Shown here: one piece after another, positions 1 through 8,719 of the stretch
How positions within the stretch are numbered: the first letter of the stretch is position 1
Layout of the letters: every line of letters begins with the position of its first letter
DNA from: an uncultured Phycisphaerales bacterium
Lineage (GTDB): Bacteria > Planctomycetota > Phycisphaerae > SM23-33
Assembly: GCA_965369385.1 (NCBI GenBank)
Contig: CBDUQP010000002.1
Location: 783 to 64,782, forward strand
Reading direction: 5' to 3'
Length of the DNA stretch: 64,000 nt
Notes under the pieces: model-generated
What the model was told of the DNA's origin: nothing
The model's input: only the letters and a program-made list of their open reading frames with translations
Databases searched by the model: none
Translations under genes and position numbers: made by a program

Positions 1-597
1 GCCTATGACTACCGCGTCGATCCTGCACCGCCTGGGGCGAAAAACGGCGGAATTGCCACCCGCGAACATCGGGGTGACAGCTTTGCCGCGCGGCCTGCGA
101 GCGGTACTTTGATTCGCCACTCGTTCACCGGTGAAACTGGAGTCACTGGAACTCGCCACCTTCGTACTGCGAAGATACCTTCGCGTTACAAACAAATGAA
201 TAAGTGCAGTCACTATGCGAACGATGTCGTCACGACTCGCTTGCGTGCCACCAATTTCAGGTTTTCGGACACAATCCATAGCCCCCATCGCAAGGGCCTT
301 GACGGTGATATCGGAAGATGTCTCATTCTCGCGGCTGGTCATAATGACTCCGACATCAGGATATTCGCGCCGCAGTACCTTCAAAGTGGCAAGCCCATCA
401 TTATCAGGCATTTCAATATCCAGCAGCACAACATCAACAGCGAGTCGCGTCATCTTGTCCAAGGCAATCCTGCCCGTAGCGGCTGAGCCTACCACGGTGG
501 CGTCCTGGATTCGCTCAACTGTCTCGACGACGAGTCGCCTGCATGCGACCGCACTATCGACCACGAGAACATTGGAAATAGTCGTGTGTGAATCCAG
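1..597 (-). CDS. cheB: Chemotaxis response regulator protein-glutamate methylesterase CheB. Partial: the C-terminal methylesterase domain runs off the window 5' edge.
   Basis: Manual reverse-strand translation gives ...ISNVLVVDSAVACRRLVVETVERIQDATVVGSAATGRIALDKMTRLAVDVVLLDIEMPDNDGL..., a CheB/CheY-type receiver with the phospho-acceptor Asp in VVLLDIEMP. An in-frame TAG lies at 613-615. There is no ATG/GTG/TTG before the beta-1 strand, so the start is non-canonical (CTG 595-597 or ATT 577-579) or unresolved. The plus-strand ORFs 109-486 and 215-616 are antisense artefacts. Confidence 0.7.
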   Translation of the reverse strand, partial: MDSHTTISNVLVVDSAVACRRLVVETVERIQDATVVGSAATGRIALDKMTRLAVDVVLLDIEMPDNDGLATLKVLRREYPDVGVIMTSRENETSSDITVKALAMGAMDCVRKPEIGGTQASRDDIVRIVTALIHLFVTRRYLRSTKVASSSDSSFTGERVANQSTARRPRGKAVTPMFAGGNSAVFRPRRCRIDAVVIG

Positions 598-654
598 TTT
601 TCTTACTCCGGCCTAAATAAGGGCATATCAAACATCAGAGGATCAACTTTCCTC

Positions 655-1149
655 TCAGACCAACGTTACCGCTTGCTTCTTCAGCAGTTCTTCCACATTC
701 AGTATCAAGAGAAGTTCACTGTCCAGTTTTACAACTCCAGAAATATACTTCCCGATTGTCTCACATAAGTTTGCGGGAGAGGATTCTATCTGTGACTCAT
801 CAACATCCACAACGTCGCCAATATCATCCACGAGGAACCCGGCAACATCATCACTCGTCTTCAAAGCATGCAAATCGTCACCCCTTATCCGTCGAATAGA
901 AACAAGCTCGTCTTCGCTTTTCAGAATAATATTGTGGCTATCACCGGATATAGTCCGCTCGCCAAACCCCATCCGTACGCCAAGGTCAACAATCGTCACA
1001 ATGTGCCCCCGCAGATTGATGAGTCCGCGAACAAACCCAGGCGAATGCTGAACACGGGTAATCTCAGTCTGGCGATTGATTTCCCGAACAAGCATGACAT
1101 CCACGCCAAACAGTTGACTGTCAAGCCTGAAAGTGGCGAACTGTATCAT
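655..1149 (-). CDS. cheW: Chemotaxis coupling protein CheW
   Basis: 164-aa single CheW-like domain (..FGVDVMLVREINRQTEITRVQHSPGFVRGLINLRGHIVTIVDL..), immediately downstream of cheA on the same strand. Confidence 0.85.
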   Translation of the reverse strand: MIQFATFRLDSQLFGVDVMLVREINRQTEITRVQHSPGFVRGLINLRGHIVTIVDLGVRMGFGERTISGDSHNIILKSEDELVSIRRIRGDDLHALKTSDDVAGFLVDDIGDVVDVDESQIESSPANLCETIGKYISGVVKLDSELLLILNVEELLKKQAVTLV

Positions 1150-3912
1150 CTATCCTGCCTCCCTGAATGAACATACCTTGTCAACAAACTCGACCGGATC
1201 AAGGAAGATTGTCAGATGCTCGTTCACAATCGCAGTGCCTTGCATGCCCGGACCACTGACCGTGCCCTCATCAAGAGAAACATCCACGTCCAATGCATCC
1301 ACTATCCCGGCAGCTATGATACCGGCTTTGGCTTGCATCTCACTGCCGTAGCCACTGTGCTTGGGAATAATCACGAACAATTCCTGCTGCTCGTGGCCGA
1401 TTCTCTCAAGCGAAAGATGGTCTTCGAGGCGTATAAGCGGAAGACCTGAACCCCTGTAATGGATGAATTCTCGATCGCCAATTCTCTTGATATCCGAAGC
1501 GGATATGCGTTCCAGACGCAGCACCTTGTCCTGCGGAATGGCCAAGTACTCACCGGGAGCATTCTTCAACAAAATGACGGATCGACGATTGGCGGAAGAT
1601 GCGGCGTTCAGACCGGCAAGTCTTTCCGTGTAACGCTTTACCTCGGAATCCCTATCAGTGAAGCTCAGAGCAGCCCTATCCGCCAGGCCGACAGCGTCAA
1701 TAATCATCACTACCCTACCGTCACCCATGATCGTTGACCCCGAGAAGCATCCGCTACCCTTGACGAGAGATGACAAGGCCTTGACCACAATTTCTTCACT
1801 ATCAAACAAACTGTCCACGATAACGCCAAACTTGTGGTTCCCTGACCTCAGCACCATGATGTTATAGTCACTCCGCCAACTTGCCCGCCGACCGTCTCCC
1901 TGGCGATGGGTGGTATGCCAGCATTCCTCCCCAGGCACAGGCAAATCATCGGAGCAAATATTTCCTGCTCGCCTGTCTACGATGCTCTCGCGGCGATCGC
2001 CAAACCCACCTTGCAAGCCGCTTTCCGCGTTCCTGTACGTCCGGGCCATGCCAAGAACATCCGACAACCGCACAAGCGGCAGGAGCATATCACGAATCCT
2101 TACGACACAGGCGCCATGAACGCTCTGTATGCAATTCTTCGCTTCTTTGGCACGTATGCATAGGAGCTCGACAATATCTTGTTGTGGGACAGCAAAACGC
2201 TGCCCCTCTGTGCCCACGATTAATGCCGGAACAATAGCCAAAGTCAGTGGAAGTCGCAGAAGCAGTGTTGTCCCCTTGTCAACTTGCGTGTCTATCTGAA
2301 TATGTCCACCAAGCTTCTCGATATTGTTGCGAACCACATCCATGCCAACACCTCTTCCCGAAATGTCGGTTACCTTTTCAGCCATGGAGAAACCAGGAGC
2401 AAGAATAAGATTCACCGCCTCTTGATCACTCATCCCCACAGCATCCGCGTTGGTGACCAGTCCCATTTCTACTGCCTTCGCCAGCACTTTCCTGCTGTCA
2501 ATTCCCCTGCCATCATCGCTGATCGACACGTTCACCATCCCTGATTCGTGATAGGCACGAAGGTGAATCAGCCCGGTTCTCAGCTTGCCGCCTTTATGTC
2601 GCTGTTCAGGGGTTTCCAATGCGTGATCCGCACAATTACGAACAATATGCATAAGCGGATCGCAAAGAAGCTCTATTATGCTCTTGTCCATCTCAACGTC
2701 TGAACCTTCGATCCGAAGCTCGATCTCTTTACCAAGCTTACGAGCAAGATCACGGACGACGCGAGAGAAACGCCCGAATACCAAACCTATCGGCTGCATT
2801 CGGGTCTGCATCACGCTCTCCTGCAACTCGCTGGTAACGTGATCTATATCCTGCAGTATCTCCCCCAAACCACTTATGGAATCACCATGTCCGTCAAGTG
2901 CGCTCATCAAACGATTTCGCCCCAGCACAAGCTCCCCCACAGTGTTCATCAGACGAGTGAGCAAATCCACACGCACACGCAACGTCTCCCCCCCCGACGG
3001 TTTGGCGCCATTGCTGGCGTCATTGCCACCAACATCGAGCGGTCCGGCGACATTAGATTCAGCGACACTTGCTCCACGCGTTGAATGGGCCTGGCGAGAC
3101 TCGGCAATACGTTGCTTCATCGCCGACACGTCTATCTCTTCGATACGGTCGGCCGGCAACGCTATCCCTTCGGGCAGGAACTTCGGTTCAAGCACTGATG
3201 CGAAAACCAACGAGAATGCGGTATCAGAATCTTGTGTCAGATCGAGTTTATCAGCCCGGTCGGGCAAAGCGATGACCTGTCCGACCGATGACATTGTCTT
3301 GAGCATCGCCTCAAGATCCATGCCTCGACTCAACAGGTCTTCCCCAATATTCAGGTTTACCCTGTAAACAAACATTCCCCGTTCTACCAGGGCCCTAACC
3401 CGCTTGTCGCCAAGATCACACTCGGCGTGCATTGCTTCCCTTTCCGGCATGGTTTCATCAACAGTTTTGGATACTCGCCGGGAAGGCAAAACGGGCAATC
3501 CAGATTGCGGAAGATCATCCCGATGAGTATTTTCGGAGAGAATCCGCTTGAACTCATCTATCTCTTCCTCACAGGGGACGCTGTCACTGGCATGGATGTC
3601 GTCTATCATCGCGCGAAGTTTGTCGACCCCTCGCAGCAAGACATCCATTATTTCCCGAGTGATGGCGAATCGCCCGTTACGGATAGGCACAAAAACGCTT
3701 TCCATGCAATGGCTGAGATTCTTGAGGGACTCAAATGAAAATGACCCCGCCGAACCCTTTATGCTGTGAATCGCCCTGAAGACACTGTTCAGTGTATCCG
3801 GCGAAATATTCTCCGGGTCCTTCTCCATCTTGAGCAGCTCTGGTTCGATAGCGTCAAGATTCTCGCGACTCTCTGTGACCAGATCGTTCAGCAGTTCTTC
3901 GGCAAAACCCAC
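1150..3912 (-). CDS. cheA: Chemotaxis histidine kinase CheA with two C-terminal CheW-like domains
   Basis: N-terminal HPt domain with phospho-His motif RAIHSIKGSAGSF, a dimerisation domain, a HATPase_c domain (..GRGVGMDVVRNNIEKLGGHIQIDTQVDKGTTLLLRLPLTLAI) and then two consecutive CheW-like domains. 920 aa. Confidence 0.9.
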   Translation of the reverse strand: MGFAEELLNDLVTESRENLDAIEPELLKMEKDPENISPDTLNSVFRAIHSIKGSAGSFSFESLKNLSHCMESVFVPIRNGRFAITREIMDVLLRGVDKLRAMIDDIHASDSVPCEEEIDEFKRILSENTHRDDLPQSGLPVLPSRRVSKTVDETMPEREAMHAECDLGDKRVRALVERGMFVYRVNLNIGEDLLSRGMDLEAMLKTMSSVGQVIALPDRADKLDLTQDSDTAFSLVFASVLEPKFLPEGIALPADRIEEIDVSAMKQRIAESRQAHSTRGASVAESNVAGPLDVGGNDASNGAKPSGGETLRVRVDLLTRLMNTVGELVLGRNRLMSALDGHGDSISGLGEILQDIDHVTSELQESVMQTRMQPIGLVFGRFSRVVRDLARKLGKEIELRIEGSDVEMDKSIIELLCDPLMHIVRNCADHALETPEQRHKGGKLRTGLIHLRAYHESGMVNVSISDDGRGIDSRKVLAKAVEMGLVTNADAVGMSDQEAVNLILAPGFSMAEKVTDISGRGVGMDVVRNNIEKLGGHIQIDTQVDKGTTLLLRLPLTLAIVPALIVGTEGQRFAVPQQDIVELLCIRAKEAKNCIQSVHGACVVRIRDMLLPLVRLSDVLGMARTYRNAESGLQGGFGDRRESIVDRRAGNICSDDLPVPGEECWHTTHRQGDGRRASWRSDYNIMVLRSGNHKFGVIVDSLFDSEEIVVKALSSLVKGSGCFSGSTIMGDGRVVMIIDAVGLADRAALSFTDRDSEVKRYTERLAGLNAASSANRRSVILLKNAPGEYLAIPQDKVLRLERISASDIKRIGDREFIHYRGSGLPLIRLEDHLSLERIGHEQQELFVIIPKHSGYGSEMQAKAGIIAAGIVDALDVDVSLDEGTVSGPGMQGTAIVNEHLTIFLDPVEFVDKVCSFREAG

Positions 3913-4306
3913 AAAGTCACCTTTCCTTTGTCACTTAACTGCACAATCTACCTGCCCGTCGCAGCACCCTATATTCGGCGGCAGGCACATGTGACTCAGA
4001 CATAACTCCAGTAAACAACAAGGCTCTGCACTACGCACAAACACCATTCTGCGGACAGTTCAAAGCCCCTTCCCTATTGCCTGCTATCGGATAGCAAGCA
4101 CCTCAACTTTGCTAGTCTCTCGCAACCCTTTACACCCTATTGCGATACACTGCTCAAAACCTGCCGTCGGATCGAATCGCAGACGAGCCCCTCCTGGCGG
4201 AAATTTGCGTGACACGCTGCAAAAGGTTGGCCAGTAAATCACCGACATACGAAAAGGACGCACTGGAGACCGTATTTCCCTGTGCGCCAAAATCAGGACC
4301 CATGGC

Positions 4307-5167
4307 ATGACAGAAACAATCGATAATCTCGAAGCCCTGATTCACACCCTGCCCGACTACCAGAACTGGGCATTTATCAGTGACGTTGACGATGCCCTCG
4401 CCACGGACTATCTGGCGAGCACCGAGGAACGACTGGAAGATATCGAAGCCAATGCGCTTGAGTGGGAATCGAATCCGGAGAACACCGAATTCCTCGAAGC
4501 CATTCTTCGCCAGTTACATACCATTAAGGGCGATGCGGGATTTGTCGGCCTGGGCGACCTTGGCAAGGTAGTACACTCCATAGAAACGTGCCTGGGCAAC
4601 ATTCCCAAAGGCCAGGCCCAAACAGGCAACCTTCTAATAGCCAAAGATTGGTTAAGCGAAGTGATGGCTTTCCTGCGTAATGGAAGCATCGGAACTTCTT
4701 TGGACGATTCCGGCAAACAATGCCAGACTCAGAACAATGATGCCGGTTGCAACGATACAATTACACCTGCGGCAAACCTGAGGATTCTCATCGCCGTCGA
4801 TGACTTCATCAGTCAACAGCTCGTTATGGAACTGTCGAGGCACCTCGGCGATTGTCACCTGACCGGCTGCGGAAAAAGCGGTGTGGACGCATTCCAGAAC
4901 GCCCTTGAGCAAGGCACACGCTATGATCTCGTCTGCCTCGTGGGTAATGCAGGCGAAATAAGCGATTCCCTCGCTGCTATGCGATCATGCGAGAGCACCC
5001 ATAATATCAGCTCAGACGATTGCGCCAAAGTGATCGTGCTTACCGGATTCGACGGCAAGCGACCAACTTCAGCCGAAAGCAACTCCAGATGCGAATCGTA
5101 TCTCCACAGCCCGATCATGCCGACTAATCTCACCAAAGCCATCAGAAACCTGGGATTAGTCGCATAA
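4307..5167 (+). CDS. HPt-domain protein fused to a degenerate (pseudo-)receiver domain
   Basis: N-terminus has an HPt motif (..FLEAILRQLHTIKGDAGFVGLGDLGKVVHSIE..). The C-terminus is receiver-like (LRILIAVDD...KVIVLTGFDG) but the conserved phospho-acceptor Asp position reads ...RYDLVCLVGN (no Asp), and the conserved Lys is also lost. Transcribed divergently from cheA. Confidence 0.6.
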   Translation: MTETIDNLEALIHTLPDYQNWAFISDVDDALATDYLASTEERLEDIEANALEWESNPENTEFLEAILRQLHTIKGDAGFVGLGDLGKVVHSIETCLGNIPKGQAQTGNLLIAKDWLSEVMAFLRNGSIGTSLDDSGKQCQTQNNDAGCNDTITPAANLRILIAVDDFISQQLVMELSRHLGDCHLTGCGKSGVDAFQNALEQGTRYDLVCLVGNAGEISDSLAAMRSCESTHNISSDDCAKVIVLTGFDGKRPTSAESNSRCESYLHSPIMPTNLTKAIRNLGLVA

Positions 5168-5663
5168 TTGCCGGCTGACTGAACGAATCCAGATGCGAAG
5201 GCGGCCCAATGTGCGTGCAGCACAAATCGTCGCTGAGTCGCACACGAAGCCCAATGTATTTGCAGAAACCGTATGTCCCCAGATGAATGCGATATCTGCC
5301 TGAAACACCCAACCGTAACGGCAGCTCAACCGGCTGCAACGGCCAGGATTTAGAATTATTCGCCCATAACCTCGGAGGTAAACCCAAACGACCAGGGCAC
5401 ATACGGCGGAGCCTTGCCTTCGAAAACCATTCTCACTACTTCTCGCGACGTCATATGTGTCTCCTTCGGGATTTCTCCGCTGCTATGCGTATCGCGAATG
5501 AATGTAACCTCCGCCGACTGAATAGCGAATACACGTATCGGTCAATGATATGGACTTTCTTGCCATTCCTGCTATTATTACTCCATATGGCAAGATGATG
5601 ATGAAGAGATGATTAGAAGACTCCTGACGAGCAAAAATGCGGCAGTAACCGAAGAAAAGACAA

Positions 5664-6512
5664 ATGAAGCAGGCAAATGCCACCATTCTCGATCCGCAAG
5701 TGCAAACCATGCTGGACCACTTCTGCGTGCTGCTATCGATACGCATCGCGTTCATCTCCACCGACGGAGATGAACTAGCCACCGGCGGTAACTGGCGAAG
5801 CTGCCGCTATTGCAGGTATCTCAGGGAACGTCTCGGATTCGAGCACAAGTGCAGAGCGTTGGATATGGCGATGTTCACCCAGACCTCCCAAACGAAGCAG
5901 CTCGTATCCTACGAATGTCATGCCGGGCTCAGCGAAGCGGTAATGCCCGTCTACCTCTACGAAGAGCTGCTGGGCTTCGTGATGATCGGGCAGTATCGCT
6001 GCCGCAAGAAGATGCCCGCATCGATTCGCAAACAGTGGTCCGAACGATACAAGACAGAGCAACTCGCCAGGGCTTTCGAGATAACTCCCTACCTGACACC
6101 CGTCCGCAAAGAGCACGTGCTTGGGCTCGTGCAGGTACTTGCCGATCACATAGTCTCCCGCCACATGGTACGATTTGGCAGCGATGGCATACTTCGTCCC
6201 GTGCTGGAACATATGCAGCAGAACCTGTACCGCAATGTTTCGCTGGCAGAAGCCGCCGCGATAGTCCATCGTAGCCCGCACACGCTTTCGCACATGTTCG
6301 CCAAGCTCCTTAACAGAAGCTTCAAGCAGGTGCAGATAGACATGAAGCTCGACAAGGCCCAGGAACTCCTGCGAAGCCCCGAAGGGACCACCGTAAAAGA
6401 AGTGGCATACCAGCTAGGGTACCGCGACCCGCTCTACTTCTCGCGACTGTTCCGCAAACATCGCGGCATGGCCCCAAGTCAATACGCAAAATACCGTCCC
6501 AGCGTGGCATAA
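5664..6512 (+). CDS. AraC-family transcriptional regulator with N-terminal PocR-type sensory domain
   Basis: N-terminal PocR-like ligand-binding region and a C-terminal AraC double HTH (..SLAEAAAIVHRSPHTLSHMFAKLLNRSFKQVQIDMKLDKAQELLRSPEGTTVKEVAYQLGYRDPLYFSRLFRKHRGMAPSQY). Confidence 0.75.
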   Translation: MKQANATILDPQVQTMLDHFCVLLSIRIAFISTDGDELATGGNWRSCRYCRYLRERLGFEHKCRALDMAMFTQTSQTKQLVSYECHAGLSEAVMPVYLYEELLGFVMIGQYRCRKKMPASIRKQWSERYKTEQLARAFEITPYLTPVRKEHVLGLVQVLADHIVSRHMVRFGSDGILRPVLEHMQQNLYRNVSLAEAAAIVHRSPHTLSHMFAKLLNRSFKQVQIDMKLDKAQELLRSPEGTTVKEVAYQLGYRDPLYFSRLFRKHRGMAPSQYAKYRPSVA

Positions 6513-6605
6513 AACTGCAACAGCACACAGCATAAGCTTGATCAAGCATAGCCATTTCACTATAAGACATAGATCGCCACCGATGAGTGAAAGAGGATAA
6601 ACACG

Positions 6606-7763
6606 ATGTTGAATTTCGAGTTCCACAACCCTGTAAGAATCGCCTTCGGGCGAGGGACTATCGCCGAACTGAAGAACCTGCTGCCAGAAGATGCACGGAT
6701 CATGATTATCTATGGCGGCGGGTCCATAAAGCGAAATGGCGTTTACGATCAGGTTATGGAAGCGATCGCTGGGCGAGATGTATGCGAGTTCGGCGGGATC
6801 GAGCCAAACCCGCTCCACGAAACTTGCATGAAAGCTGTAGAGCAGGCCAAATCCGCCAACGCCAATTTCCTGCTGTCAGTCGGTGGCGGATCGGCGTTGG
6901 ACGCCACCAAATACATAGCCGCCGCAATGCTGTACGAAGGCGAAGATCCGTATGACATGTGCCTCAAGAAAACACAGTGCCAGGCCGCCATCAAACTCGG
7001 CTGCGTGCTCACGCTGCCTGCTACCGGTTCGGAGATGAACATTAACGCGGTGATCTCCCGCGCATCCACACAGGAGAAACATGCTTTCTTCTCCGAGCAT
7101 GTGTATCCGCAATTCGCCATACTCGACCCCGAAACCACATTCACCCTGCCCGAGCGCCAGACCGCAAACGGCATCGTTGACGCGTTTATTCACGTGATTG
7201 AGCAATATGTGACATACGACGTCAACAGCCCCTTGGTCGACCGACAGGCTGAAGCAATCCTCCTTACGCTGATCGAGGAAGGCCCGAAGGTAATGGCGAA
7301 CCCCACGGACTATGACGCGAGAGCAAACATAATGTGGTGCGCTACACATGCCCTCAACGGAATCCTGAAATGCGGAGCAGTCGGGGACTGGGCCACGCAC
7401 CTGATCGGCCACGAGTTGACCGCCCTTTATGACTTGGACCACGCGCGTGCACTGGCAGTTGTCCTGCCTGGCCTATGGCAACACGAGCGAGAGCGAAAGA
7501 AAGGCAAGCTCCTGAAATACGCAGAGAGAATCTGGCAGATCACTGACGGCAGCGAGGACGAGCGAATCGACGCCGCCATCGCCCGCACAGAAACATTCTT
7601 CCGCTCACTCGGCTTGGGGACCACTTTCGCAGAATGCGACATCCCCGCTGACACCCCGCAGAAAGTGTTCGAACGATTCACCGCCCGTGGTGGAGTCCAA
7701 CTGGGCGAACACCAGGACATAGGCGCCCAGGAAGCGAAGGACATCCTGGCCCTGCGGGCGTAG
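6606..7763 (+). CDS. Iron-containing alcohol dehydrogenase (Fe-ADH; YqhD/FucO-like NAD(P)-dependent alcohol/aldehyde reductase)
   Basis: 385 aa with a GGGSALDATK nucleotide-binding motif and metal-binding His residues (HALNG, HLIGHELT). Full-length Fe-ADH architecture, immediately downstream of the PocR-AraC regulator. Confidence 0.85.
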   Translation: MLNFEFHNPVRIAFGRGTIAELKNLLPEDARIMIIYGGGSIKRNGVYDQVMEAIAGRDVCEFGGIEPNPLHETCMKAVEQAKSANANFLLSVGGGSALDATKYIAAAMLYEGEDPYDMCLKKTQCQAAIKLGCVLTLPATGSEMNINAVISRASTQEKHAFFSEHVYPQFAILDPETTFTLPERQTANGIVDAFIHVIEQYVTYDVNSPLVDRQAEAILLTLIEEGPKVMANPTDYDARANIMWCATHALNGILKCGAVGDWATHLIGHELTALYDLDHARALAVVLPGLWQHERERKKGKLLKYAERIWQITDGSEDERIDAAIARTETFFRSLGLGTTFAECDIPADTPQKVFERFTARGGVQLGEHQDIGAQEAKDILALRA

Positions 7764-7888
7764 CTCTGCACCTCGCAAGCAAGCACAATGGATTAGCAGT
7801 TTGAGCAAATCGTGGCCGAGCATGTTCTCCGTTGGTTCGACGATGAAACCGTAGCGATTCAGCGACGCTGAAGTATGTAGATGAACAT

Positions 7889-8173
7889 TTGGATGAGCCG
7901 GAATTGTTGACAAACAGCGAGTTGGCCAATCGGGCGAGTTTCTCCCGCTCGCAGTTTCAGGTGAAATTTCGTCAGTCGACCGGTATGTCTCCCGGCGAGT
8001 ATGTCATGCGCAGGCGGATCGAACAGGCGTCGAAGTTGCTTTCCGGCGGGCGACACTCTGTGACCGAGGTCGCCTTTCGACTTGGTTTTTCCTCCAGCCA
8101 GTATTTCGCGACGGTTTTTCGGAAATACACGAATAAACTCCCGTCCATGTTGACTCCTGCCGGCCGCAAATGA
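7889..8173 (+). CDS. AraC-family HTH-only protein (C-terminal DNA-binding domain without a sensor domain; possible gene remnant)
   Basis: 94 aa: LTNSELANRASFSRSQFQVKFRQSTGMSPGEYVMRRRIEQASKLLSGGRHSVTEVAFRLGFSSSQYFATVFRKYTNKLP is a complete AraC double HTH. It uses a TTG start. An in-frame stop lies only ~45 nt upstream, so no N-terminal effector domain exists. Confidence 0.5.
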   Translation: MDEPELLTNSELANRASFSRSQFQVKFRQSTGMSPGEYVMRRRIEQASKLLSGGRHSVTEVAFRLGFSSSQYFATVFRKYTNKLPSMLTPAGRK

Positions 8174-8281
8174 TCCAGTGGGCTCGAAATCTCTCCGATG
8201 CGCAGGAGGGGTTCGTGAAGGGCGAATTCATATCTCCCCATAATGAATAGTATTGCCAACACATACTCCGACCTCTACCAT

Positions 8282-8303
8282 TGCATGCACTCAGGTGCAT
8301 GCG
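8282..8303. promoter_or_regulatory. Perfect 9-bp inverted repeat TGCATGCAC-tcag-GTGCATGCA (candidate operator or hairpin)
   Basis: Read directly from the sequence. It lies ~30 bp upstream of the left target-site duplication of the MITE-like element, i.e. where the promoter/operator of the 8720 gene would have sat before the insertion. Confidence 0.4.
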
Positions 8304-8333
8304 AGTTACAGCAGGTAACGAAAGCACTGGAAA

Positions 8334-8719
8334 GGAGTCTGACATGAATGGCACTGCCGTCCGTTTTGGCCGTTCTTTGCCGTTCGGGCCGGAGGTCCGA
8401 TGGGCAGTAAGCCGGGCGGTGACCGAAGGGAACCCCCGGAACCGGATCGGACCCCCCAATATCAGAACCCCGCAAGGGGTGGCGAGAGAAGCTTCACAGC
8501 GGGTTGGATGCCTGATAACTGGGCAAATTTTGTGCCAATTGTTCGTGTCACTTCGCAGGATGGCGTCTCCCCCCGGCCCTTCGGGACGGGGAGTTATTTG
8601 TCGCGTATCCGGGGGCTGCGCCGCGACTTACGTCGCAGCTTACCCCCGGCTAACCGCCCATCGGACCTTCGGCCCGAACGGCAAGAAACACGGACGGCAG
8701 CGCCATTGGAGTCTGACAT
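8334..8719. mobile_element. MITE-like non-autonomous element (core 8346-8707, 362 bp) with ~65-bp imperfect terminal inverted repeats, flanked by a perfect 12-bp direct repeat GGAGTCTGACAT (8334-8345 and 8708-8719)
   Basis: Left end GAATGGCACTGCCGTCCGTTTTGGCCGTTCTTTGCCGTTCGGGCCGGAGGTCCGATGGGCAG. The reverse complement of the right end is AATGGCGCTGCCGTCCGTGTTTCTTGCCGTTCGGGCCGAAGGTCCGATGGGCGG. The 12-bp direct repeat sits immediately outside both ends. The interior has no credible ORF and is GC-rich and hairpin-rich. Confidence 0.7.

Noticed and set aside
109-616. Plus-strand ORFs 109-486 and 215-616
   Set aside because: Low-complexity Ser/Thr/Arg-rich translations. They are antisense to a clean CheB receiver-domain reading frame on the minus strand.
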